IMG/VR virus record: IMGVR_UViG_3300011008_000010
Span: 1-64,000 of that record
Source: a virus
Lineage: Duplodnaviria; Caudoviricetes
DNA: 64,000 nt
Reading direction: 5' to 3' (one strand)
Position 1 is the stretch's first letter; the number at the start of each line of letters is the position of its first letter. The position numbers and the translations under genes were made by a program. Positions 9,734 through 20,229 of the stretch are shown here, piece after piece. The notes beneath the pieces are model-generated. The model ran no database searches and was not told where the DNA came from. It was given only the letters and a program-made list of their open reading frames with translations.

Positions 9734-10873
9734 TCAGAGGGATTCGATGTAATCTAATAAAGTTTGGGCATCCTCTAGTGTAGTTACATCAAGAGGGTTT
9801 GCATAGTTTAATTCTTTTGCTTTTGCGATCAAGCTCTTTGCTTTGTCGGCGTCTTTATTCTCTTTGCATATAGCAATAAAATCCCTAATTTTATCGATTG
9901 CGTTATCCAATTCCTTTTGTTTTTTGTGTTCGGCTTCTGCTTCGGCAATTTCTTTTTGGCGTTCGGCAAGACGAGCAGCGTCTTCTGCCTTAGATACCTC
10001 TATATCTTGACCGCCTTTTTTTGCCTCTGCTTCTATCGCATCTTTAATAGCCTTTGCAAATTGTTGAGCATCGCACTCAATTTCTGGAACGATATCCGCA
10101 AAACGACTTCCAGAATCAATAACATAAGAATCATCTCTGAATTTTATTTTTCGAGTCTCTTTCTTAAGTCGATTAATCTTATCCTTTCCGCTACCTTCAG
10201 AAACAATTTCTCTATCGACATATAAAAGAGCCAAAAAATGCAAATCTTTCTTAAGTTTATTAAAATAGTTTTGTTGTTGATCAGAAGTAAGTGTGAGGTA
10301 AGTGGATCCACTCGTTACGTCCACAACTTCTTTCCTTTTACAATGACCTATAAAAATGCTTTGAACACCAACTGCCAAAAGCCGATCTCTTAAATCGAAC
10401 ATAAGTTCCATTGCTTTTTTTTCGCCGCGACCAAAACCTCCCCACGATTCTAGAATTGATTTTACTTGAGGTTTATTATGTTCGCGTTGTTGTTTGTTAT
10501 ATAATCGAACGGCTTCTTTTTCCGCAATATCTATCGCTTGGTCATATGAATCCCATACGAGACAGCGAAGCTTGGGATACTGAGATTGCTTATTTTCTAT
10601 AATATCCTCACATAAATCACAAAAACCTATGGCGTTATTAAAACTGTCATATTCATCCATATTCCACGTAGGAGTGTTAATGTAATTTACTCCGCTTATT
10701 GCATCGCAGCCGCGTTCAGATCCAATTTCCGCGAACAGATAGCAGTCTTCTCCTCCAACAATTTTGCAATACTCATAAATCAAACTGGTCTTTCCGGCCT
10801 TACTTTCACCTAATAATCCAAGGCTGAATCGGAGAGGATCTAGGGTTATAGAATTCTTTTTACCATATGCCAT
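9734..10873 (-). CDS. AAA_24 / Sak4-like ATPase (yorG position)
   Basis: GESKAGKTS Walker A, VWDS, WGGFGRG, FIGH. Confidence 0.85.
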   Translation of the reverse strand: MAYGKKNSITLDPLRFSLGLLGESKAGKTSLIYEYCKIVGGEDCYLFAEIGSERGCDAISGVNYINTPTWNMDEYDSFNNAIGFCDLCEDIIENKQSQYPKLRCLVWDSYDQAIDIAEKEAVRLYNKQQREHNKPQVKSILESWGGFGRGEKKAMELMFDLRDRLLAVGVQSIFIGHCKRKEVVDVTSGSTYLTLTSDQQQNYFNKLKKDLHFLALLYVDREIVSEGSGKDKINRLKKETRKIKFRDDSYVIDSGSRFADIVPEIECDAQQFAKAIKDAIEAEAKKGGQDIEVSKAEDAARLAERQKEIAEAEAEHKKQKELDNAIDKIRDFIAICKENKDADKAKSLIAKAKELNYANPLDVTTLEDAQTLLDYIESL

Positions 10874-10925
10874 TTTATGTATCTCCTTTATATATCGCTT
10901 TCAAGGTTTGAAATCAAATTCTTTC

Positions 10926-12167
10926 TTATAAATCATTAAGCCAATCATATTCTCCTTCTTCCCCCTTTTCTTCGTCTTTAACTTCCGGAGGGTTCATAGC
11001 TTCATCGAAATCTCCATCGCCCTTTTCGGATTCTTCTTCTGCTTCGGCTTTTAAATTTCTGAAGTAATCCAGGTCTTCTTCATCATAAACTTCTTCAAAA
11101 ATTTGTACTACAGGAGTTGTTGTGCCATCATCATTGTTTGCGAGTTTGATTCTCGGTCGAACAATAACCATTTTTCTTTCTCGACTTCCACCTGTAGCGC
11201 AAGTAGCCAGAGCATCTTCTTCTGACATAAGCCCAATGGCAATCAAATCTTTAATATCGTCTGTAAGGTCATCAACTGTCATACTGACCGTTGCACCAGT
11301 AAACTCAAGGTCTCCTTCAACCGAAATCTGATTTACGGTTCCTTTTTTCTTAATGCCAAACAATTTTGAAATGGCTTTTTTTGCCATATCGGGATTTTTC
11401 TTCATTGCATCAGAAATCCTGTATACAAAACGATACGGAAGAGGTACGATCTGACCCTTGCCATCTTTTGTAGTAATGTCAATGCCATCATATGTCTTTG
11501 TGTATTCAAGAACGTATCCGGTTACATCAAGTTCGCCGGTTTCTTTATCAACCGTTCCTTTACTGTTCTCGTCAATTAACATAGACTGCGTGAAACGCGC
11601 AAAAAATTCAGATTCGTCTTCGATATTACTGAGTGCAATACTTGTGATTTCATAATTTGGAATGACGTTTTCGTTAAAGAAATTGTATTTAATGTTCCCT
11701 CGAACATGTACAATCATATCGTTTTGCAAATGGTCTGACATGTATTGCACCAAGTCATATCCAGAAATAAAATTTTCATATACCGTCTTGCCTTTTGTAT
11801 CTTTCTGCAAGCCGCCATTAAGAAGGGCCATTCTACCAACCTGCTTTACAATTTCAGGATCTTTTCTATCCTCAAAAGAAATCTCAAGACGCGTGGAATA
11901 ATCATCGCTCCCGTCTTCTCTTTTCCCGTGCGCATAGATTTTAGAATTGCCACTTAAAGAATAACCGCCCATACACTGAGTATATACAAGACCATGTTTT
12001 TCTCCGCAGTAAATTGGAAGGTTGACACGGCTATACATCCAATCACTCTTTTCAGATTTCTGATCAAGAGCAAATGCATTGTCGTTTAATCTTACGCTTC
12101 CGGTCAGCGCAAACGTACTGACATAATTCGTCTTTTTCAATTCTGTTCTTTCTTTTTTCTTTGCCAT
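10926..12167 (-). CDS. yorF-position protein, probable ssDNA-binding protein
   Basis: Beta-rich sequence with acidic tail ending EYDWLNDL; upstream of the AAA ATPase as in SPbeta-like phages. Confidence 0.6.
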   Translation of the reverse strand: MAKKKERTELKKTNYVSTFALTGSVRLNDNAFALDQKSEKSDWMYSRVNLPIYCGEKHGLVYTQCMGGYSLSGNSKIYAHGKREDGSDDYSTRLEISFEDRKDPEIVKQVGRMALLNGGLQKDTKGKTVYENFISGYDLVQYMSDHLQNDMIVHVRGNIKYNFFNENVIPNYEITSIALSNIEDESEFFARFTQSMLIDENSKGTVDKETGELDVTGYVLEYTKTYDGIDITTKDGKGQIVPLPYRFVYRISDAMKKNPDMAKKAISKLFGIKKKGTVNQISVEGDLEFTGATVSMTVDDLTDDIKDLIAIGLMSEEDALATCATGGSRERKMVIVRPRIKLANNDDGTTTPVVQIFEEVYDEEDLDYFRNLKAEAEEESEKGDGDFDEAMNPPEVKDEEKGEEGEYDWLNDL

Positions 12168-12221
12168 TACTTGAATCCCTCCTATGATGTTTGTATATGT
12201 GAAATAAATCAAAATAATTTG

Positions 12222-12446
12222 TTAGTAATTTTTCTTTCCCCTATATTGTCCTTTGGAGGTTCTTATGTAAAAGTCGTCGTGTGGATTTGCCAATTTTAAA
12301 ATAGTAAATCGTTCACTTTTACAGAATGGACAAGCGGGTTTTGTTACAGAAAATACAGGCTTTTGCGCGGCGTCTTTGATATCGAATCTTTTACCGCAAG
12401 CAAGACACTTACATAATGTTTTATTTTCGTCTTTTTGTTTTGCCAT
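12222..12446 (-). CDS. zinc-ribbon protein
   Basis: CLACG...CPFCKS. Confidence 0.75.
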   Translation of the reverse strand: MAKQKDENKTLCKCLACGKRFDIKDAAQKPVFSVTKPACPFCKSERFTILKLANPHDDFYIRTSKGQYRGKKNY

Positions 12447-12485
12447 GATTCGCCTGACTTCCCCCGTTAGAAAAAGTGTACTTGA

Positions 12486-12514
12486 ATTATATATCCCCTT
12501 TACTACGGCGTCAA
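12486..12514 (-). promoter_or_regulatory. sigmaA promoter for the replication operon
   Basis: TTGACG-17 nt-TATAAT. Confidence 0.8.
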
Positions 12515-12563
12515 GACGATTTTGATTAAAAAATCATGAAGTTTGGAAAGGTTCAATAAAACA

Positions 12564-13475
12564 TCAAATTTCTTGAACCAATTTCATTTCATTATACATT
12601 TTTTTGATGGAATTAATTGGATATCGGCTTTGATATTTTATTTGAATCTCATTGATTTGTTCTTTTGCGGCCTCAATACTGCCCGCTTTTTGAACTGCTT
12701 TGTCTACTTCGCTTAAGAATCCAGACGTATAAAGCATTCTGATCCCGAATGTTTTCCTGTCCAAATGCCGTTTTAATCTTGAAAACTTCTTTTTGATTTG
12801 AATTTCTCCGATAACATCCAACGACCCTTTTGTATCAAGAGGTTTAAACACCAGATCTGTATTTATCAACGGTCTTTTCTTGCCATTATATTCGGCAACG
12901 TAGGTGTCTGCTGCGTCTTCCATAATATTATAAAGCATATTCGAAACCACAATTTCTCTATCTGTATACAGCCGAACCCGACCATTTCCCAATAAATCTT
13001 TTTTTCTTAATTTTAAGAGTTCGCACAAATCCTCTCCATATATGCCTTCAAATGGAGCCAGTATAATATATTTATCTCTCGGATTGTCAAATATAGAAAT
13101 AATATCTTCAACTTCTTCTCTCGAAATATAGGTTTCTGCCATTTTCTTTTTATCTACAACCTCGTTGTACATTGCGGTTGTAACTTCTATATAATGATTT
13201 AATCCTGTTTTTGAAAGACCTTTCGAAATACAAAATTGCGTATATGATTTTAAAAGACTGATTTTAAAACGGATTGAAGCAATATCTCCGCTTTTAAAAG
13301 AACGAGCCAGATCCAAAATTTCCGGTAGCACAAATAAACTACAGTCCTTATTTAACGCCTGTTCCAGTTCTTTTGTTTTTGAAAAAATGGTATTGAAAGT
13401 AAACTCCCCGACTATCCCCTGGTAACTATTAATGAATTCCTGCTTTATGGATTCGTTGTACCAATTTGTAGTCAT
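12564..13475 (-). CDS. MrpR/YopR-like repressor (degenerate tyrosine-recombinase fold)
   Basis: YNE..K..F, E...NKD...F, NPRDKYIILAPFEGI.G...EL..L; no HxxR/Tyr set; third gene of the trio. Confidence 0.75.
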   Translation of the reverse strand: MTTNWYNESIKQEFINSYQGIVGEFTFNTIFSKTKELEQALNKDCSLFVLPEILDLARSFKSGDIASIRFKISLLKSYTQFCISKGLSKTGLNHYIEVTTAMYNEVVDKKKMAETYISREEVEDIISIFDNPRDKYIILAPFEGIYGEDLCELLKLRKKDLLGNGRVRLYTDREIVVSNMLYNIMEDAADTYVAEYNGKKRPLINTDLVFKPLDTKGSLDVIGEIQIKKKFSRLKRHLDRKTFGIRMLYTSGFLSEVDKAVQKAGSIEAAKEQINEIQIKYQSRYPINSIKKMYNEMKLVQEI

Positions 13476-13476
13476 C

Positions 13477-14676
13477 TTAATTTTTGGCTATAGACCGAGC
13501 CGCCCTCCTTATTGTATTAATTGATTTGGTCTCTTCTTTATGCTTTACCAAATAGACTTTTAATTTCTCATACCCTTCTCTATATTCTTTTGTTTCTTGC
13601 ATATCTCCCACAGCCTTCACATAAGAAAGAAGAATTTTCATGTCATAATCTGAAAAAGAAGCGGGTAACCCATCTGAAAGCAAAACATTTGTTCCGTTTT
13701 CAATCTGTCTTGTAATCTCATTTGCATCTTTCATTGTTTTTGGCGCAAATAAGAATTTGATTGCTCCTGCGGTTTTCCCAAAATCAAGTTGTCTTTTCCC
13801 AACGGCCTTTATTTGACCAAACAATACGCAGTTTGAATTTTCATTCAACCTTTTTACAATAATCGAATCATATTTTGTATCATCCAAAGATTTCGCAAAC
13901 GACATATTAATCTTATTTCTCTTATCCTGCTGGGCAACAAATCTTCTGGCTTTTTCTTCGGTAAAGTTCATGATATTTAATACGAACGATTGTTCGAATT
14001 CTGGATCTGAATTCATTACCTGAATAATAGCCATTGTTCTATGAAAACCATCAAGTATATCTATAATTCCGTCTTTTAAAACAAATTGTGCTTTTTGTTC
14101 ATCGTAATAAAAATTGTTTTCTTCTCTGCTGCCCACGTTAAAAGACAAGTCATTATAGATATATAACCCACGCTCCATAAGGTCCCGTATCTCGTTTACG
14201 GAATAACGATTGATATTGATTTTGTAAACCTCTTTCCCGTCTTTATAATAGATTTTTGGAGCGCGTTGCGTTCTGATATTATATGCCAAAACGCTATTGT
14301 TATAAAGTTCGTACAACTTCTGAGTACTAATTATTGTTACAAATTGATCATCTGATACAGGAATCACATTTTCAAAAATAACCGGATACAGTTTTTTCTC
14401 AATCCTTACTTTACTTTTTGAATATTTTTTCTGTTCTTCTTCTGAAAAATATTCTTCAACATCAATCCCGCTTTGCTTGTAAGATGCAAACCAATATAAT
14501 TCCTCGTCAGAGAAATTATCCAAGGGAATCATATTGAACACATATCCATTAAACCTTCCCCGATTCATTCCTCTTTTTGACATTGCGGAATATAATTTCT
14601 CTTCCGAAACTTTATCGGAATACAAGGAATTGAAGAAGGTGCTCAGTTTTTCAATTGCTTCCTTCCTGTTAATCAT
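13477..14676 (-). CDS. DndB/DGQHR-like ParB-fold protein (YopQ-like)
   Basis: YNIRTQR, ILDGFHR, F....A..F..Q. Confidence 0.75.
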   Translation of the reverse strand: MINRKEAIEKLSTFFNSLYSDKVSEEKLYSAMSKRGMNRGRFNGYVFNMIPLDNFSDEELYWFASYKQSGIDVEEYFSEEEQKKYSKSKVRIEKKLYPVIFENVIPVSDDQFVTIISTQKLYELYNNSVLAYNIRTQRAPKIYYKDGKEVYKININRYSVNEIRDLMERGLYIYNDLSFNVGSREENNFYYDEQKAQFVLKDGIIDILDGFHRTMAIIQVMNSDPEFEQSFVLNIMNFTEEKARRFVAQQDKRNKINMSFAKSLDDTKYDSIIVKRLNENSNCVLFGQIKAVGKRQLDFGKTAGAIKFLFAPKTMKDANEITRQIENGTNVLLSDGLPASFSDYDMKILLSYVKAVGDMQETKEYREGYEKLKVYLVKHKEETKSINTIRRAARSIAKN

Positions 14677-14715
14677 TGTATTCTGTTGCCTCCATTTGGG
14701 ATGTTACATAGAGAT

Positions 14716-14744
14716 AGTATACTACTTCTGGTACGCGTTGTCAA
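14716..14744 (-). promoter_or_regulatory. sigmaA promoter for the DndB-like and MrpR-like genes
   Basis: TTGACA-17 nt-TATACT. Confidence 0.8.
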
Positions 14745-14795
14745 TATTACGATTATTATTTATCTCTTTTTGGTTTTATGACACGAATTCCGTTT

Positions 14796-15803
14796 TTAGA
14801 TCATAGATCCAAGTTTTGCAGAAAGTTCAATTTCCTTCTTAGAATAATCCGTATTGATATATCTTTGAGTGGTTGTAACATTAGAATGCCCCGCAAACTT
14901 AGATGCCTGAACAATGTCATTCCCGTTTAATTCATACATTGCGGTAATTGCAGAGTGTCTCATTTTATGGACAGACATTTCATTTCCGATGGCAGCTTTT
15001 GTATACTGCTTAACCACATTTGCAATCGTTCCATAACAGCATCGTTTCTTTTTCTCACTCACGAATAACGCATTTGTATTTGGCTCCATCTTTTCTCTGT
15101 CAACAAGCCATTCTTCTAATGATTCTGCAAGCTCTCTGCTTAATGGCTTTTCAAAAACTTTCTCTCCTTTATCCCTGTAAATGATTTTCTGATTTTTCAG
15201 ATCCAGATTGTCTACGTCAATACAAATAAGCGCACTGCATCTAATTCCCAATTCTAAAAGCATTCTTATGATAGCAACGTTCCTGCTTCTGAGATGATCT
15301 TCGTGCGTAATAGAATTTCTTTTTGTTGCAGCATTTTCATGCTGTACAAACTTAACAACAGATCTCATCTGCTTGATCGTTAGATGCTCCTGAGAAACAT
15401 CGTCGGTTACTTTCGGCCGTTTCATTTCCGAAATGGGATTTTCTTTTATAACTTTATTTATTCTTAGAAATTCAAAAAAGTTTTTGAGTGCGCTATACGC
15501 AGTTGCCCTGTAACTTGTACTCGTATTGACTTCTCTTCCGTCTTTCAATTTTTTTGTCCTGATTGCGTTAAGATAATTCGAAACATCAAGCGGAAGGATT
15601 TTTTTCACAGATTCGGCCGTGCATTTATTGTTTATGAATTTCATAAACGAGATTACATAAGACACATATAACTTTACGGTTGTCGGCTGCTGTCCGGAGC
15701 TGAAACAGTATGATATATATCCTTTTAATAATTCTGGTTGATCTGCAACCATATTTTCAATCCTATTTTCAATCTGCGATTTTCTTTCCTCTCTTCCAGT
15801 CAT
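14796..15803 (-). CDS. tyrosine recombinase/integrase (YopP position)
   Basis: GIRCSAL, KG, HKMRHS, GHSNVTTTQRY: full catalytic set. Confidence 0.9.
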   Translation of the reverse strand: MTGREERKSQIENRIENMVADQPELLKGYISYCFSSGQQPTTVKLYVSYVISFMKFINNKCTAESVKKILPLDVSNYLNAIRTKKLKDGREVNTSTSYRATAYSALKNFFEFLRINKVIKENPISEMKRPKVTDDVSQEHLTIKQMRSVVKFVQHENAATKRNSITHEDHLRSRNVAIIRMLLELGIRCSALICIDVDNLDLKNQKIIYRDKGEKVFEKPLSRELAESLEEWLVDREKMEPNTNALFVSEKKKRCCYGTIANVVKQYTKAAIGNEMSVHKMRHSAITAMYELNGNDIVQASKFAGHSNVTTTQRYINTDYSKKEIELSAKLGSMI

Positions 15804-15813
15804 GATTCCCTCC

Positions 15814-16113
15814 TTATTCAGATGCTACAAAATAAAGTCCGTCTACCTCAACCAACTCTGGTTCTATGTCTCTTTCCAAAATCTTTTCAAACACCATATC
15901 CCATGCCTCTTTTTGTCCGTGGTTCTTCTTTCGTTCTTCATAGTATTCTCTGAAGTCATTTGCATTCCAGTATTTCGGATGTAAAATCCCTTGTTTTATT
16001 AATTCTTTTCGTCCTGCCTCTTGATTTTTGAGCCAATCCTTTTCTGCCGCATCCAGATCATCTATGAATTCGGAATTCCGATCCTTATCAAATTCCACGA
16101 TTTTATTCTTCAT
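15814..16113 (-). CDS. hypothetical protein
   Basis: ORF in packed operon with RBS. Confidence 0.7.
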   Translation of the reverse strand: MKNKIVEFDKDRNSEFIDDLDAAEKDWLKNQEAGRKELIKQGILHPKYWNANDFREYYEERKKNHGQKEAWDMVFEKILERDIEPELVEVDGLYFVASE

Positions 16114-16864
16114 TGTAATTTCTCCTTTCTTTTGCGATTTCTTCCCCTATTGACCAAATAACAAATAAAACGAGTGCTAAAACACAAAGTCCTAACGGAA
16201 CCGCCACAAGCAATCCTCCTATAAATTGAGGAATGTTATAAACAAGATCCGATAATCCGTCAAATACAAACGCGATACAAAACATGCCAATAAAAAGCAT
16301 AATTATAATTGCCAATACTCTATCGAAAATAAATCTTGACAAAGAAAACCTTTTTCTATCTTCATCTTCTCCCTTCCATATTTTTTCTGCTTTTGTCAAA
16401 TCATGAATCTTCGTTTCGCCTTCCTTTTTACAAAAATAAGGAAGTTCAAATCCAAACATCTCATGATAGAATACGATTCTCTCTCTTGATAGAACAACCG
16501 AGTGAGATCGAATCTTAATTTGATTTCCGTTTTCATTTTCAAATACAAGAAGTTCTTTGATCCAATCATTAAGATATGGAACCTTCTCGTGTTCTTCATC
16601 AAAACAGATATCTACAAATTTATACATTCCAAAATCATATTTAATTCTTCCTTCTTTAAACTCTTCGTACTGAGGACCAACGAAATACATCTTCCCAAAT
16701 TCTAAGTCATCCGGATAATACCGAATTTTATTTGGATTTTCTTCATGTAATGTAAGATTGCCATTGCAATTGAATGTTGTTTTGTTATACATCCAATCTA
16801 AAAATCTTTCAAACGTTTTATTACTTGGTCCGGTTGTAATTCTGCTATATTTGTAACTTGCCAT
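16103..16864 (-). CDS. membrane protein (2 C-terminal TM helices)
   Basis: Hydrophobic C-terminal segments; AAGGAG RBS. Confidence 0.75.
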   Translation of the reverse strand: MASYKYSRITTGPSNKTFERFLDWMYNKTTFNCNGNLTLHEENPNKIRYYPDDLEFGKMYFVGPQYEEFKEGRIKYDFGMYKFVDICFDEEHEKVPYLNDWIKELLVFENENGNQIKIRSHSVVLSRERIVFYHEMFGFELPYFCKKEGETKIHDLTKAEKIWKGEDEDRKRFSLSRFIFDRVLAIIIMLFIGMFCIAFVFDGLSDLVYNIPQFIGGLLVAVPLGLCVLALVLFVIWSIGEEIAKERRNYNEE

Positions 16865-16884
16865 TTCGCATTCTCCTTTCTAGA

Positions 16885-17364
16885 TTAAAATTCAATAATG
16901 TTTCCATATTTATCTATTGCCCATAAATTACATCCCTCTTGTAATCTTCCTACGACATACACGTCTTTATCGACGTTGCTATTTTCAGCAAAGATTGCCA
17001 TTGTCTTTTCATATTCGATATATTTATTCCAACTGTCTTCTGGCATTTCATTTTTTGGAACGCCACTAACATATATATAAATCGAGTTTTGAGAGTCGCT
17101 AATCAGAATATCCTTTACAGCATCCGTATTCATATCCCATACGCACCACACAAACTTTTCATCATTTGATTTCAGATCCCATTCTGCCCATTCTTTTTCA
17201 TTTTCTTCATGCAATCTATCTAGTTCAGCAACTATCCTTTCGTACTCCTTCTTTTCTTTTCTGGCAGAGTAACTTGGATATACCAGAATCAATAGTAATA
17301 AAAATATAGCACCAATCCTTAGCAGATCGGTTTCTCTAAACCATGATTTTCTCATAGCAATCAC
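16885..17364 (-). CDS. membrane-anchored hypothetical protein
   Basis: N-terminal TM segment. Confidence 0.7.
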   Translation of the reverse strand: MIAMRKSWFRETDLLRIGAIFLLLLILVYPSYSARKEKKEYERIVAELDRLHEENEKEWAEWDLKSNDEKFVWCVWDMNTDAVKDILISDSQNSIYIYVSGVPKNEMPEDSWNKYIEYEKTMAIFAENSNVDKDVYVVGRLQEGCNLWAIDKYGNIIEF

Positions 17365-17634
17365 TCCTATTTATTTACAGGTCAGGATTTCAACTTTTAT
17401 TTCGACAATTGATTTAAGATTTTTAATGCTGTTTCTATGAACAAATTGTAACTTTATTAGGCAGCTTATAGCTGCCCACCCATCTAAATGCCATACAAGA
17501 TATTGCAGATGGATTTGATGTTGATGGATAGATCTTGTGGTTGATCGGAATTATTTTTCTCTTTTTGCACTTCAATTTCTACCCATCCGTCTTCGGTTTC
17601 TCTTGCTTTTATGATTTCCATGCCGCCTCCTTTC

Positions 17635-18381
17635 TTAATACTTATATGTTTTCGGTTTCTGTCTGCTTTTTCCTTTATACTTCACACATTCTTTTACCCA
17701 GACAACTTTTCCGGATTTCAAATGCCTGTAGTGTCCACGCACACCAACCTCTCTATCTGGTGCGGTCCATTTTCTAGGTTGGCCAGGAATTCTTATTTTC
17801 TTTTCATCAAAATCCTTTATAATATATGTCTTCCTTACAAGAGATATTGGTGATTTGTATTTTGATTTCATAGCCCTTGCAACTCTTTTGGTACGAGGCT
17901 TGTCTTGTGAATGATCGACCTCTACGATCTCATCGTAGAAATTCATGAACGCCATTATACATTCCATTTTATATATCTGTTTTCCAAATGTATTGTCCAT
18001 GAAGGCGACCATTTTCATTTTGCGTTTTGCACTTGGATCTTCGGCATATACTTTTAGATCTATAAATTCTTCCTCATAATTAACTACCGGTTCTGTTTTT
18101 GTGAGATCCACCTTAAATGAAAAGCATTTAAAATATTCATTTAACTGATTATGGTATAAATATAATATGAATTCTGTAAGGCCGTTCTCTAAGTCGTGAA
18201 ACTCACATTGTATTCCCTCTTCTTCATGGCAAATAATGCCATCATGCATGGGAAATTCCATCTGATCGTTTGTAATTTTTACGATATAATCCTGATTTTC
18301 TTGGAACCAATCGATGATCTTTTGCATCTGCGCATTACTGGAAATTATAATTCTATCGAGTTCCTCCTTATTGATTTCCAT
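17635..18381 (-). CDS. hypothetical protein with C-terminal VRGHYR basic motif
   Basis: VRGHYRHLKSGKVVWVK; RBS AAGGAG. Confidence 0.8.
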   Translation of the reverse strand: MEINKEELDRIIISSNAQMQKIIDWFQENQDYIVKITNDQMEFPMHDGIICHEEEGIQCEFHDLENGLTEFILYLYHNQLNEYFKCFSFKVDLTKTEPVVNYEEEFIDLKVYAEDPSAKRKMKMVAFMDNTFGKQIYKMECIMAFMNFYDEIVEVDHSQDKPRTKRVARAMKSKYKSPISLVRKTYIIKDFDEKKIRIPGQPRKWTAPDREVGVRGHYRHLKSGKVVWVKECVKYKGKSRQKPKTYKY

Positions 18382-18392
18382 ATTCAATCTCC

Positions 18393-18659
18393 TTACCAAA
18401 TTTTGTTTGAATATTTGTCTGCAAAAACCAATTCGAATTTTGGTCTGTTTTTTGGCGCTTCATTCTTATACTTTTCGATTTCCTCGTAAAGATATGCCGC
18501 CGCGTTATAAAGATCTGGTTCATATTTTGTTGATGTAAGCGTTCTTACACTATCTTCCAGATCATATCTTTCAATTCCAATCCTGATTTCGTCTTTCAAA
18601 AAGTCGCGAACACTCATTATTTTTCCATCATATGTTACAACTCCAGATGTGGCGCTCAT
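18393..18659 (-). CDS. early hypothetical protein
   Basis: GAAAGGAG RBS, packed. Confidence 0.7.
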   Translation of the reverse strand: MSATSGVVTYDGKIMSVRDFLKDEIRIGIERYDLEDSVRTLTSTKYEPDLYNAAAYLYEEIEKYKNEAPKNRPKFELVFADKYSNKIW

Positions 18660-18868
18660 TATTTATCTCCTTTCAATTGTTTGATAAAATTATCGGCAAA
18701 CTCACTCATTAAACGAACCGGACCATTTTTATCTCGAATTGCAATCATGATTTTATTATCAACACCGGTTCCGATATTTAACATATATCCATTTTCAAGA
18801 TCAATATAAATCTGATCTGTATTCATGAACTTATGATCCTGTTTCTGGTTTAAATACTCAACTCTCAT
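18659..18868 (-). CDS. early hypothetical protein
   Basis: GAAAGGAG RBS, packed. Confidence 0.7.
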   Translation of the reverse strand: MRVEYLNQKQDHKFMNTDQIYIDLENGYMLNIGTGVDNKIMIAIRDKNGPVRLMSEFADNFIKQLKGDK

Positions 18869-18888
18869 TTATTTATCTCCTTTCTAAA

Positions 18889-19182
18889 TCAATATCCTGG
18901 ATAAGCATTTCTGCCGGTCTGATATTCACACCAGTCCAAAACTAGGTTTTCCCAATTCTTTTCGACAGTTCCATCGTTGTAAACGGTTTCTCCATACATA
19001 TTTACTTCTGGATTTAGATTGAGCAACCTGATAACCTCATCGACTTCATCGCCACAAGCCAACCAATCATCAGCATCAATGATTGCATTTGCAATTTCAA
19101 TCGTCTCATCGTCTTTGGTTGTATCAAAGCCTCTTTCCTTTGCCTTTTCCAGAAAGTAATTTTCTCTACCGTGCATATTCAT
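18889..19182 (-). CDS. early hypothetical protein
   Basis: GAAAGGAG RBS. Confidence 0.7.
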   Translation of the reverse strand: MNMHGRENYFLEKAKERGFDTTKDDETIEIANAIIDADDWLACGDEVDEVIRLLNLNPEVNMYGETVYNDGTVEKNWENLVLDWCEYQTGRNAYPGY

Positions 19183-19196
19183 GACTCTTCTCCTTT

Positions 19197-19550
19197 CTAC
19201 CGATCATAATATTGTATAACACCAAAATCATAATTATAAATAAAATAATTGTCACCCTCCTGTTCGACGGTGAAAATGTCAGGATCCTCAAAGACGGGGT
19301 TGTACTCTACTCCATCAAAAATATAAGGATCTCCACCCTCCCTCAAAATATCCTCCTGATAGCAATAATTATCCCCGACCACAGGGGTAACCATACGGCA
19401 AAAGTCATCGAGCGTGTCGATTTGCGACCCGGATAGAACGTGATATCCCTCGAATGCTTCTAAAATTTCGTCCCATGTTAATAATATTTTCCCGTCAGAA
19501 CATGTCATTTTTGCCACCTTTCTGCGCTGTTCGCATTTCCTTTTTGCCAT
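19197..19550 (-). CDS. early hypothetical protein
   Basis: ORF; start may be the MTCSD ATG. Confidence 0.65.
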   Translation of the reverse strand: MAKRKCEQRRKVAKMTCSDGKILLTWDEILEAFEGYHVLSGSQIDTLDDFCRMVTPVVGDNYCYQEDILREGGDPYIFDGVEYNPVFEDPDIFTVEQEGDNYFIYNYDFGVIQYYDR

Positions 19551-19557
19551 CCGTCTC

Positions 19558-19755
19558 TTACAACTGAACTCCGTAGATTTCCTTAATCCAATCCAAAATC
19601 TTGCTTGTGTATCCGATAATGCCTTCGCTCTTCAAAATTGAATCCAGAACGTAGAACGGTGGGTTCTCTTCAATCAACTCTTCGTCCTTACTCATGTCGT
19701 CCTCTTCCAAGCCGTTCATTTCACGAAGCCTCATCATAATGCTTTCTGAATACAT
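19558..19755 (-). CDS. early hypothetical protein
   Basis: AAGGAGG RBS. Confidence 0.7.
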   Translation of the reverse strand: MYSESIMMRLREMNGLEEDDMSKDEELIEENPPFYVLDSILKSEGIIGYTSKILDWIKEIYGVQL

Positions 19756-19943
19756 ATCAAATCCTCCTTTCAAATTTTAATTGGTTCGTCGGCAAAACTA
19801 TACGCTATGCGTATTGAATTATAATATGCTAATCAATATAACGACCTCCACCATTTGACCATCCATTTTGGGTATCTATCTACATTTATTGCCGTCGATT
19901 TCGCGTCCTATTTTCATATACGATTTTAAGGTATCTGTCAAGG

Positions 19944-20228
19944 TTATACTCTCTTTCTCATAATCGTATCGCCGGCAAATATCCGATCTAATTCCTGTTT
20001 GTTTACATGAAATGCATTTTCCCATCTGGGTTTGTCGCTAACTCCGCTGCCATCACCGCCAATATTCAATAAATATTGTACTGTATATGCGTCTGCTCCT
20101 ACATACCGGATTAATCTTGCGCCATACTTTTTGTAGTATGTATTTGAATACTGAATTAGACGGTTAATTTTGTGCGCTGGAAGAACAACGACTTCGGTTT
20201 CTAAACTTGATTTTATTTTTGTTTTCAT
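19944..20228 (-). CDS. early hypothetical protein
   Basis: AAGGAGG RBS. Confidence 0.7.
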   Translation of the reverse strand: MKTKIKSSLETEVVVLPAHKINRLIQYSNTYYKKYGARLIRYVGADAYTVQYLLNIGGDGSGVSDKPRWENAFHVNKQELDRIFAGDTIMRKRV

Positions 20229-20229
20229 G

